Below, piece after piece: positions 13,138 through 25,221 of a stretch of 64,000 bases of DNA; the stretch's first letter is position 1; each line of letters starts with the position of its first letter. The position numbers and the translations under genes were made by a program. The notes under the pieces were generated by a model that did no database searches, was not told the origin of the DNA, and was given only the letters and a program-made list of their open reading frames with translations. The stretch spans positions 41,850,001 to 41,914,000 of the forward strand of contig NC_073384.1 of the NCBI RefSeq assembly GCF_028641065.1, in the 5' to 3' direction. This stretch comes from Leucoraja erinacea (taxonomy: Eukaryota).

Positions 13138-13155
13138 GTACCACTAGATGGCATA
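13138..13155 (+). promoter_or_regulatory. Candidate CTCF site
   Basis: CCACTAGATGGCA matches the CCASYAGRKGGCR core; motif match only. Confidence 0.3.
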
Positions 13156-13358
13156 AACAACTCCTTTTCTACCCAATGTGCTTACGTTTTGGCCTATTAA
13201 TTCATGCATCTCTGTTTAGGTTCCAGGAAACCTCTCCTTTGCTTCCTTCCGTCGAGGTACATAACACAAATGAAGTTTACAAAGCCATTTAAGAAACACA
13301 CATTTAAAGCTAAATGTTTTGATCTGCTTGGAAGCAAACAGTTTTTCGATAACAAATT

Positions 13359-13820
13359 CTCATCTATGGCGGCGGAGGGGAATCCCCGTTCCCTGAAGAA
13401 CGAGGACATTTCCGATGCCCTGGTGTGGAACGTCTCATCCTGGGAGCAGATACGGCGTAGGCGGAGGAATTGGGAGTAGGGGGTGGAGTCTTTACAGGGG
13501 GCAGGGTGGGAAGACGTGTAGTCCAGATAGCCATGGGAGTCGGTGGGTTTATAGTGGATGGCGGTCAGAAGTCTATCACCTGCGATGGCGATAGTGAGGT
13601 CAAGGAATGGTAGGGAAGTGTCGGAAATGGTCCAGGTATATTTGAGTGCCAGATGGAAGTTAATGGTGAAGCGGATGAAGTCAGTCAGTTGTGTGTGGGT
13701 GCAGGAGGTAGCACCAATGCAATCATCGATGTAGCGGAGGTAGAGGTCGGTGATGGGGCCCTTGTACGTCTCGAACAAGGATTGTTCAACGTACCCTACA
13801 AAGAGGCCAGCGTAGCTGGG
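13359..13820 (-). mobile_element. Penelope-like RT fragment (young subfamily)
   Basis: Uninterrupted frame SYAGLFVGYVEQ...YLRYIDDCIG...YKPTDSHGYLDYTSSHP...FPSAAID; very similar to 36965-37424. Confidence 0.92.
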
Positions 13821-14835
13821 ACTGTTGACATGGATGTTATTTGGAGCTGTGACTATAGAGAGTCTGTACATTATGTAGAGATGGTTTTAGAGATAAAGCA
13901 TGGTAACAGGCCCTGTTGCCCATCGAGTCTGTGCCAACCATCAATCTCCCGTTCACACCAGTTCCATGTTACCTCAGTTAACATCTACTCTTTACACAGT
14001 GGAGGGCAAATCACAGAGGCCAACAAACCTACAAACCCGCATGTCTTGGGATATGTGAGGAAACCGGAGCACCCGGAGGAAACCCATGTGGTGACAGGGA
14101 GAACATGCAAACTCCACACAGAGGGCACCTGAAGTCAGGATCGAATGCATGCCCTTGGTGCTGTGAGACAGCAGATCTCCCCAGCTGAGCCACAGCACCA
14201 CCCTCATCTAATGCTTTTACCATCTCCGCATTCTATGCTGAAGTAGATCACCAGTCTCCTCTTGTCCAAATCATAGCACACGTACCTTCCACAAAATAAG
14301 TGCGAGCATTGTCCCAAAATCCTGGCATCTAACTTGTCCTTCTAAAGACAATTTGTAGCACACATCGCTACATTCTTCTGTGTCAGCATAGATCAAAGAT
14401 TAAACCAAGCATTTCTTGGCCTATTTAGTTTAATACTCCATCATGCATTAACTCCCACCCTTGCCCCTGTCATCCCAAATTAGGCCATCAAGTAACAGTT
14501 CTAAAAGACTGATTTTTATGTTGAATATTTAATTTGTCGGACTGACTGGTGCCTCTGTATTTAACATGCTTATATTACTGATGTGCAGAGCATTTGGATT
14601 GTTAATGTTTAATTACACATCTCATGGACACAGAGAGGATTTATTATAGCTCAGCAATTACTTCATTGATACCCCTGGTATCTGGCATTGTGTGGAAATC
14701 ATAGGAAAGCAGGCACTAGGTTTTAGTTCAATCATTGCTGAAATTAATAAAGAAGATGTTCTTACAATGCTGGCCACATATCTACAGAGTAAAATAGCCA
14801 TTTGGGTTTGTCACTTGACCTTGCGTTTTGCACAG

Positions 14836-15041
14836 CCAAGTATGAATGTTGTATTCTGGCTGAGACGGTTTGAAAACAACATGCATGGAATCAGCTATCC
14901 CTGTGTTCATCACCGCAAGGGTCAGATGCGCACTAAACCTGGCATTAGAATTGGAACGCAGTTCCGGACTATTATTTTAATACTCTTCTGCAAAAGGTAC
15001 ATCACCTTGAAGTGCGGTTTCTACTCTGAACATTATTCACA
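14836..15041 (+). other. Candidate exon (206 nt), host transcript unidentified
   Basis: Branch-like cttgac, pyrimidine tract and cacag acceptor; CA|gtaagt donor; unique sequence with one open frame; peptide not recognised. Confidence 0.3.
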
Positions 15042-15429
15042 GTAAGTGCAAGTGTTAGCATGCTGTGGCAAAATACACACATCGCCAGTGCCAGATACCC
15101 AGGTTCGATTCTGACTGCAGGTGCTGTCTGTACGGAGTTTGTGCGTTCTCCCCGTGACCTGCGTGGGTTTTCTCTGCATGCTCTGGTTTCCTCCCACACT
15201 CCAAATACGTTCAAGTTTGTAGGTTACTTGGTTTCTGTTAATTGTGAATTGTCCCTGGTGTGTAGGATAGTGCTAGTGTACGGGGTGATCACGGGTCGGT
15301 GTGGACCGAAGGACCTGTTTCTGTGCTGCATCTCAAAATATCATATTTGATGTGTACTGCAGAGTGGAGCATTCATAGATCAAGGAGATATATAAAATAC
15401 TCTCAGTTATCATGTGTTATTCCTAAGCT

Positions 15430-15630
15430 TTTCAAAGCACCCCAATGCACTGTACTTTTGAAGTGTAGTTGTTATAATAGATGAAAAATGCTTCGATAAT
15501 CAGATTATTTACATTGGTTATGGTGACTGAGAAATAAAATATGGTTAGAATACAAAGATTAGACTGCTTTGGAAAATATCCAGGGAGACTTTTATGATCA
15601 TTTGAGAGAACAGACAGGAACCTGGTCCAT
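15430..15630 (-). mobile_element. Old, diverged SINE, probably Deu-domain (SacSINE1/AmnSINE-related)
   Basis: tacttttgaagtgtagt and downstream sequence resemble, from memory, the reverse complement of the Deu-SINE 3' half; similar piece at 56680-56730. Confidence 0.45.
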
Positions 15631-17723
15631 CTTGGTTTTAGTTTAGTTTAATTTAGAGAGAGTGGAAAAAGGCCTTTGGGCCCACCGAATCTGCGCCAAC
15701 CAGCAATTCTTTCCCCCACCACTATTTTTTCCTTCCCCCCCCCCCCTTCCTCCACTAAAAGTCACTTAACCAGTTCCACAGTTTGCAACGATGGATGTAT
15801 CACTCTTGGGGTCACACCATCCATAGCCAATAATCGGCCTCTCAGAGAACCTCTGCCTAAGGTCATCTGTTGCCAGCCCTGATTTGGTCTTTTCTTGCTT
15901 CCAGCTCCTCCCAAGAAAGACTAGAATGAAGATGAGGAGGTATTTCTTTAGCCAGAAGGTGGTGAATCTGTGGAATTCATTGCCAAAGACGGCTGTGGCG
16001 GCCAAGACATTGGGTATTTTGAAAGCGGAGATAGATTCTTAATCAGTAAGAGTTTCAAAGGTTATGGGGAGAAGGCAGGAGAATGGGGCTGAGACAGAAA
16101 AATAGCTCATCCATGATTGAATGATGGAGTAGACTCAATGGGCCAAATGGCCCGGTTTTGCTCCTATATCATGGTGTCGTACAGTGTGGAAAAAGGCCCT
16201 TCAGCCCAACTTGCCCATGCCAACCAATGTTCCCCACCTACACTAGGTCTCATAGAGTTACACGCTCCATCTACACCAGGTGCATAGATTTGTTTAACGT
16301 TGGTAGTACTTTTTGGGATTGAAATTTGTCTTGGAAAGCAGCATAAATGTATGACCATGAGTTACTGCCTCACCCTGCCTGATATTGTTTCATATTAACC
16401 TCCTGTGGCTTTGCACAATCACAGAATACCAATTGCATCCGCTGATCACTGAAATCTCTTTTGCTGATTACTGTTATACTGAAAATCCGGTTAAAATACT
16501 TCATTTGGCCATTTATCAATGTTGTTGCTATATCCCAGCATCCTGCTCTCCTCTCCTGAAGCCTCTATCTGTGACTGGGGTGATTCCCCAGGTTATCCAC
16601 TATTACGTCTGAGCATTTACTGAGAACCACAGCCGACCACATGTTATGGTTCAAATTTTTCTTTATCATCATGTGTACTAAGGTACAATGAAACACTTTT
16701 TTTTGCATGCAGCTCAGCAAGACCATCACCGTACATGAGCACAATCTCCCGGTTAGTACTGAATGTACTGAACACTCCACTGAGTCTATATGCATGAGGT
16801 GCATTTTGCTGTTATTTTACAGTCTCAGCTACAGCTGGTCGCAAAGGCCCATTGCAGCTGTCGCCCCCATTTTGCTCGTCCTGTGAACCGTCGTCCCTCT
16901 CCTTGCACAGCGCTCTTCAGCCTGTGTTCCCCAGTGGGTGCCTGCCACAGCCGACCATGAGGGGGGCAGAAAATTAAACCCCCCCCCCCACAGCTTCTTC
17001 TCTCTGGGCCCTTTGTCCAGCGTCCACCACCGCCTCCCTCCACCCTTCTCTCTCCGTCTTCCCTCCATGGGCGGGTTTGCAGTTCTGTGTTGGATGAGCC
17101 AGGCCTGCTGTTGGGATATGGCCGCGGATCACCGGGATTAAACCTCCCTTCTGTGCGCATAGAAATTCATGAGGTTGCGTGTGATGAATTTGAGAAACAC
17201 AGAATAAGTGGTGATATGGCTACATCACACTGTTGGGCACAGTGGCGCAGCACTTGCAGCACCAGAGACCCGGGTTCGATCCTGACCATGGGTGCTGTCT
17301 GTATGGAGTTTGTACATTCTCCTTGTGACCGCGTGGGCTTCGGTTTCCTCACACATTCCAAGGGTTAATTGGTTTTGGTAAGAATTGTAAATTATCCCTA
17401 GTGTGTACGATGTAACTAGTGTACGGGGATCGCTGGTCGGCATGGACATAGTGGGCCGAAGGGTCTGTTTCCACGTTGTATTTCTAAACTAAACTAAACT
17501 GCTGCCCAGAACTACAGGAGATGCAGGTGCAAGGGGAAGTGGCCTCCTGTTGGTTTCACTTCAAGTCCTGCACCACCTTGACTAAGAAATATAATGCCAA
17601 TCTTTCATCATCATTTGAATTTGAGTTAATAATTGCAGCATGGAAATTGGCCCTTCAGCCCACTGAGTCTACGCCGACCATTGATCACCCATTCACGCTG
17701 ATTCAATGTCATCCCACATTTTA

Positions 17724-17978
17724 TTTCACATAGAGAGTTGTGAGTCTGTGGAATTCTCTACCTCAGAGGGCAGTGGAGGCCGGTTCTCTGGATACTTTCA
17801 AGAGAGAGCTTGATAGGGGTCTTAAAGATAATGGAGTCAGGGGATATGGGGAAAAGGCAGGAACGGGGTACTGTTTATGGATGATCAGCCATGATCACAT
17901 AGAAAGGCGGTGCTGGCTCGAAGGGCTGAATGGCCTACTCCTGCAACGATTGTCTATTGTCTATTGCTTATTGTCTAT
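17724..17978 (+). mobile_element. CR1 3' fragment nested in a minus-strand V-SINE (~17630-18175)
   Basis: LWNSLPQRAVEA.SL..FKRELD motif with (ctattgt)n tail; SINE halves on both sides. Confidence 0.85.
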
Positions 17979-19127
17979 TCTCATCAACTCCCTACACACT
18001 TGAGGCAATTTTACAGAAGGCCAATTAATCTACAAACCTGCACACCTGGAGGAAGCCCATGCGACCACAGGGAGAACATGCAATCTCAACACAGACAGTC
18101 CCTGAGGTCGGAATCAAACCCAGGTCTCTGCAACTGTGAAGCAGCAGCTCTACCAGCTGCACCATTGTGCCGTCCCGACAGATTGGGTCTAGACGACTGC
18201 ATCTACATGACTGTATATAGTGTAGATGGGGCATCTTGGTTGGCATGGGCATGTTGGGCCAAAGGGCCTGTTTCTATGCTATATGATTCCATGACAATGA
18301 TTCTAAATCCTACAAATCTGAACGCAACATTACTTTAGGAGATTCTTTCCCATCTGGCCTATAGATTAATTAATTACTCTAATGACTTTAACCCACTCAT
18401 TCCCCTTGCTGAATGCTTGGGAGTTTATGATCGAACTCTTCCAAAGTCTTTTTTGAAAAATGGTCATTATTATTTCCGCAAATTGGCCGGCACATTATTA
18501 TAGCAACTTTCATTTTGAAAGATGCTTTCCTGGAAGATCCTGAGATTACGAAAGGCTTTAGGCTTTATTACAAGAGAATTTGAATGCAGTAGGAAGTCTT
18601 GTTGCAATTGCAGGGGGCCTCAGCGAGAATACACCCAGAGTATTGTGCACAGGTCTCCTTATCTAACAAGTGATTTAAGTGCCCATAGAAGGAAAGATTC
18701 ACTGGACCAATTCCAGGCATGGCAGCTTTACTGCCTGGGAAGAGATTGAGGAAGGTAAGAAGGCGTAGAAGGTGGCTGGCGTAGGAAGTGTCCCTGCAGC
18801 AGCCTGGGGCTGACCTGGGCTTATCAGGACCGCGGGCGCTCCAGTACACCCAGCATGTGGACCAAACTGTGGACATTTTATTTTGTAAATAGTACAAAAA
18901 TATGACAACTTATGCATGCGTGAGCTATGCAGATGCTGGTGTACACAAAAGGACACATGTTCTGGAGTAACTCAGCGGGTCAGGCAGCATCTCTGGAGAC
19001 GCTGACGTTATGTATTGACGTTCCTGTGTTCTTGTGAAAGAAAGGACTTTCATTAATAAGTCTTCTTCTGCACACCTCCCACCCTCCTCTCCCTCCCCCC
19101 TCCCCAATATGGCATTTTCAAACCTAT

Positions 19128-19455
19128 GTATCTCTCCCTCCCGTCAAGCAAGAGGTACAGAATTTTGTAAATGCATACCTCCAGATTCAGGGTTAGTTTC
19201 GTCCCAGCTGTTATTAGACAACTGAACCATCCTCTCATCAACTAGAGAGCAATCCTGACCTCCCATTTACCTTATTGTCCTTCAAACTCTTTAATAGGAC
19301 TGGACCTTATCTTGCACTAAACATTACACCCCTTATAACCTATGGACAGCTTGATTGTAATAATATATTGTCTTCTTGCTGACTGGATAGCGCGCAACAC
19401 AAGCTTTTCACTGCACCTCGGTATGCATGACTATAATAAACTTAACTAAACAAAA
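19128..19455 (+). mobile_element. Rex1/Babar-like LINE 3' end
   Basis: LPSSKRY...TSRFRVSFVPAVIRQLN-like C-terminus plus a 3' UTR shared with 37583-37831, 51975-52395 and 28120-28385 (-). Confidence 0.7.
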
Positions 19456-20152
19456 CGTTAGTCCTGAAAAGGATCTGGAAATCGAGGAAAGGAATACAGT
19501 TTAGTGGTGTCTATTCACAAGCAATGATAGTCTCTGCCTGAAGTCTTTGACCTGGATTTTCCAGATATGTTCACCATAACTTCTCCTTACAATAGAACAT
19601 CATTCAGATCGTCACTTACATTTGCCTTCAGGCTGAAGATACTTTTATTGTGTTGTTCTCACTTCTCCAACATAATCAGACAGAAATCATTGCAACTGCT
19701 GTATCTATGCCTCTTATAATTTCATGTATTTCTATCCTCAAACTCTGGCGTTCTGAACAAAACTATCTAAGTTTGTCCAACCTCTCCCTGTAGCTGATAT
19801 TGCCTAATAAATGCAGCAATTATTTAAATTATTAAACCCTGTAAATTCAATTTTATAAATCTGGATTCTGTGTTCATCTATGGGCATCGAACAATGTAAG
19901 AAGGATTAAAAAAAAATTTGGAAAACTTATTTATATTGCTTTGATCCTATGTTTCAATCTTTATTTAGCAATTTGTATGATATGGAACAAAGTGAATGTA
20001 AAGAATATTTCTGGGTTTCACATTCCTATGATTAATGTGAATGAGACCTGGGTGCCAGGAATCCCCCGAACCAAAGTTGTTCAGTGGGAGAAATGGGAAT
20101 AGGGGAAGGTTTCACCATTGTACTTGGCCATTTAACGGGAACTACTGAACAA

Positions 20153-20468
20153 TATATGATATGATAGAAGTTTATTTATCCCAGGAGGGAAATTGATCTG
20201 CCAACATGCAGAAAACACAAGATACATGAAACATGAAATTAAAGTGATGAGTGGAAAGGATGGGGGATGTGCAAAGATTGGGGAGGGGGTTGGGAGTTGT
20301 ACAATTTGATAGCCACAGGGAAAAATGATCTCCTGTGGCGTTCTGTCCTGCATCTTGGTGGAACCAGTCTGTTGCTGAAGATACTCCTCAGGTTGACCAG
20401 TGTGTCATGGAGGGGGTGAGCTGTATTGTCCAAGATGCTCTGCAGTTTGAGGAGAATCCTCCCCTCCA
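20153..20468 (-). mobile_element. Rex1/Babar-like LINE 3' end (second family)
   Basis: ILDNTAHPLH...RCRTERHRRSFFPVAIKLYN followed by 3' UTR and (tatca)n tail. Confidence 0.75.
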
Positions 20469-23400
20469 AGAGTTATCTTGTACTAAACGTTATTCACATT
20501 ATTACCTTCATCGTGTATCTCTACAGTGTGGACGGCTTGGTTGTAATAGACACAAAATGTTGGAGTAACTCAGCGGGACAGGCAGCATCTCTGGATAGAA
20601 GAAATGGGTGACATTTTGGGTCGAGACCCTTCTTCAGATACCTAACTAGGACTACAGGCTCGGTTGCAATAATGTATTGTCTTTCCACTGACTGATTAGC
20701 TCGCAACAAAAGCTTTTCACTGCACCTTGGTGTCATTTGCTGTAAATTTTGGGCTTTTACCTTTTAATGGACAAGGTAGGGGTTGTCAGGAGTTATGGGG
20801 AGGAGGCAGGAGAATGGGGTTGAGTGGGAAAGATAGATCAGCCATGATTGAATGTCAGAATAGACTTGATGGGCCCTTGAAGGGTCTCGACCCCAAACGT
20901 CACCTATCCATGTTCTCAAGAGATGTTGCCTGACCCGCTGAGTTACTCCAGCACGTGTCCTTCCATGAATGAGAGGCTTGGAGGTTAACTATTTCAACAG
21001 CAGCAAGAAGGGGGGAAGGGAGAATTTGGTTTAGATTATAGATACATTATTGAAACAAGCCCTTCGGCCCACTGAATCCAAGCTAACCAACAATCACCTC
21101 ATACGCAAGTTTTATCCCACATTCTTGGGACAAGTTACAGTAGCCAATAAACCTACAAACCTGCACGTCTTAAAAGTGTGTGGGAGGAAACCGGAGTACC
21201 CGTAGAAAACGCAGTCACAGGGAGACTGTGCAAACTCCGTACAGCCCAGATTGAACCCGGGTCTACTCTGGTGCTGCAAGTAGCTACTCTACATCCATGC
21301 CACTGTTCCACCTGTAGAGGGCGTTGGGGAAGAGGGAGAGATTGTTAATATTAGCTTCTGCTAATAGTGTATCGACTGAGGGGGAGAGGATGCAAGGGAG
21401 GCAGGTGTTCAATGCAATGTAAGTGACTGGACTGTGAAATCAGACAAAAAGCATCGGGGAACAGTTTTTGGCAATCATTACCAGGTGAGAGCAGCTTGCT
21501 ATTTGTGCCTCTTCTGTGAAGGCGGAAAGCAACCGCTGAACACTTGCCTGGAGTGAGAAAGAGAAATATTGACCTGTATGGATTGGTGGGAAAGGATTCA
21601 GCGGCAAGGAGGGAGTTGCAAGGAGGGAGTTGATGTTTGGAGGGAGCTACAGCCACATGTAGGACATAGTGAGGGAGATGTGAAGAGCTCTAGGTCATCT
21701 GCAGGCTCTGGTTGAAACATTTACTACATGGAAAACACAACAGCTTTAGTTTAGTTTATGTTTAGTTTAGAGATACAGGCCTTTTGGCCCATCCAGTCCG
21801 CACCGACCAGGAATCACTGTGCACTAGTGGAGTGTGGGAGAAAACCTCCACAAGGCACAGGGAGAATATACAAACATCGTACAGACAGCACCCGTGGTCA
21901 GGATCGAACCCGGGTCTCTGGCACTATAAGACAGCAATGTCCTCAATGCGATCGAGGTGAATCAAAAGGTACCCTAGCTATTTAGAAGCAAGGAACTGCG
22001 GTTTCCACATCTCAAAGACGTGTGGGTTTGTAGGTTAATTGGCCCTCTGTAAATTGGATGTGAAAGTGGGATACCAGTGTGAACGGGTGATCAAGGGTTG
22101 ACGTGGACTCGGTGGGCTGAAGCACCTGTTTCCATGCTGTATCACTAAACTAAACTAAACTAAACTGAATGGAGATACGTTCTGATGGACTGTCCTGAAG
22201 GAAGCTCATTGACTTGAAACTTTCACTCTGGTTCTCTCCACAGACACTGTGTTGAGTGAATCTGGCTCCATCAACATTTTAGGCAGTGGATTCTAGACTC
22301 TCTCCCATCCTTGTGTGGGAAAAAAACTTGAACTTTCCTCCATTTTTTCCATCTTGAATCTATTTCCACTGGTTGTTGACATCTTTGCTAATGGAAGTCA
22401 GCCCATACTAATGTTGACTTGGTAACACAAGGGACATCAGGCTTTTGTTTTGCACAAATATTGTGTTTTTTATTATTTTGTAGAATCACAGTCGTACAGT
22501 GTGGAAACAAGCACTTCAGTCCAACTTGCCCACACCAACTAACATGTGCCATATCCACTAGTTCCACCTACCTTTGGTACATATCCCTCTAACCCTGTCC
22601 TATCCATGTACCTGCAGCGGTTTTCTCCGAGATCTTCGGTTTCTTCCCACACTTTGAAGATGCATGGGTATGTAGGTAAAATGGCTTGGTAAATGTAAAA
22701 ATTGTCCCTAGTGTGTGTAGGATAGTGTTAATATGCGGGGATTGCTGGTTGGCATGGAGTCGGTGGGCCGAAGGGCCTGATACCATGCTGTATCTCTAAA
22801 ACTAAAACCAAAAAACTAAGATCAGGACCTTGAGTCCTGGCAACATCCTCGTAAATCTTCTCTGCACCCTTTTCAGGTTGACAACATCTTCACTCTATCG
22901 ATCTGTGATGCCACTTTCAACGAACTATGTACCTGTACACCTAAATCTCTCTACACTAAAATACTCCCCAGAGCCCTACCATTCACATTTATTTAACATT
23001 TGTTTTGTTGAATATGGTGTTTATGAGTAATGTGTTTACAGACCTGTTATGCTGCTGCTAGTAAGAATATAATTGTTCTGTTTCGGCGCATATGACCACT
23101 GAACTCTCAAACACTCCCAGTTAAATTGTCCCAGAGATGATCAGGCACGGGCTACTCACTCTTTCCTCATGATGAACATCTTCCAGTCTCTGAAATTCCC
23201 TTCGTGTCCCCATCATTCTTCCAGTGATCTGGTGACCTGTAATGTTGTGACATTTGCATCTCTCTTTCCCAGCTCCTGCTTTCATTGTTGTTAAAGGTTA
23301 CTTTCCACAGCACATTTCCATTTATTACCTCAGCTAATCATTAGCTCCATCGTTATTCAAATTGCTGGGGTGGGGAATGATGCTTTTATTGGTTCTCTAT

Positions 23401-24311
23401 TTCATAGCTGACTGCGTTATGGACGTATTGTCGCATAAATGAAAGCATTGGCTTATGGTTCATCTTTTTTAAAGGGAAGGACTCTCAGTGAACTTGTGAG
23501 TAATCCTAATTTACCATGTACGGTGTTTAGAGTCATGCAGAGTGAAAACAGGCCCTTCGGCCCAACTTGCCCACACCAGCCACCATGCCCCCCGAGTGCA
23601 TGAAATGTGCTGCCAGGAGTAGTGGTTGAAGCAGATATGTTAGTGGCAATTAAAATACTTTTACATAGGCACATGGATAGATGCAGAGAATGGAGGGATA
23701 TATATATAGTTCAATAAGTGATGGGCTTGCTATCCTGTTCGGCAGAGACATTGTGGGCCGAAGGGCCTGTTCTTGTGCTGTTGCCCTACAGTGCCTGAGA
23801 ACCGGGTTCAATCCTAACTACAGATGCTGTCCGTATGGAGTTTGTATGGTCTCTCTGTGACCGTGTGGGTTTTCTCCAGGTGCTCCGGTTATCTCCCACA
23901 CTCCAAGGACGTGCAGGTTTGTGGGTTCATTTGCTTCTGTTACTTTTCCTAGTGTGTAGGATAGAATAAGTGTACAGGGTGATCGGCACGGACTCTGTGG
24001 GCTGAAGGGCCCATTTCCACACTATATCTCAAAAATATAAAGTCTAAATTCAACCCATTAATTCCTCCCTGAGACAGGGATCACCTGCTGTTGAGACGAA
24101 AGCGGAATATATTTTATATTTTTCCTGTTACTCAATCAAAATGAAGAAAAAGTGCTTTCACCTTGTCGGGTCTTATGCATGTTCTATTGGGGCAGTGAGG
24201 TATTGCTGTGTTTCTTTAGGAGGTTTTTCAGAGCAGTGCTTCTGATTAATGATCTGTGTGCAGATCAAGTATTGAAAGCCCGAAGAGAATAAAACCTCTT
24301 CTCGTTTCCAG

Positions 24312-24443
24312 CAGCGTTAGATGCAGTTTACCCATACCATAGATTTTGGAATGCTATTACTGTATACTCTGAAGCTTATAAGATTTGCAGGGCTCACAAA
24401 GACAAAGGGTTTTTGCCAAAACGAGTTCAGATAGTAGGAGAAC
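24312..24443 (+). other. Candidate exon (132 nt, phase 1-1), unidentified
   Basis: ctcttctcgtttccag(cag) acceptor, AAC|gtatgt donor, open frame ALDAVYPYHRFWNAITVYSEAYKICRAHKDKGFLPKRVQIVGE. Confidence 0.3.
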
Positions 24444-25221
24444 GTATGTAGGACACGGGGAGAGGAGCTTCATCACAGGATCCGCAGCAGCTTAAGAAGG
24501 TGGCTCACTATCTCATTCCCAAGGGCATTTGGCGAAGGGCAACACATGCTAGCCTTGCTAACGTTGTCCATCACTGGCTGATGATACTTCCAGGCAAATA
24601 ATCACCTTTAGTTTTAGTTTTATTTTAGAGATACGGCATTGAAACAGGCCTTTCGGCCCACTGAGTCCTTGCCGACCAGTGATCACCTCTACAGAGGCCA
24701 ATTAACTGACAAACCTGCACGTCTTTGGAATGTGGGAAGAAACCGGAACATCCGGAGAAAACCCACATTGTCTCAGGAGGAACGTACGAACTCCACAAAG
24801 ACAGCACGTGTAGCCAGGATCGGGTTGAGACCCTTCTTCGGACACTTTAGCTTAACTTAGTTTAGTTTAGAGAAACAGTGTGGAAACAGGCCCTTCAACC
24901 CATTCAGTCTGCACCGACTAGCGATCTCCCCTATACTGGTTCTTCCCTACCCACATAGGGGGGCAATTTTACAGAAGCCAATTAAACAACAAACCTGCAC
25001 ATCTGTGGGAGGAAACTGGAGCACCCAGAGAAAATCCACATGGTTACAGGGAGTAAGTACAAACTCCATACAAACAGCACCCGTAGTCAGGGTCAAACTC
25101 TGATCTCTGGCACAATATGACAGCAACTGCTCAGCTGTGTTGTCCAAAGCCCTAATTCTGCAGTTGGTCCAGGAATTCTATGCGCTACTGGTCAGGATCT
25201 GGACACAAGTGATGCAGCAGG

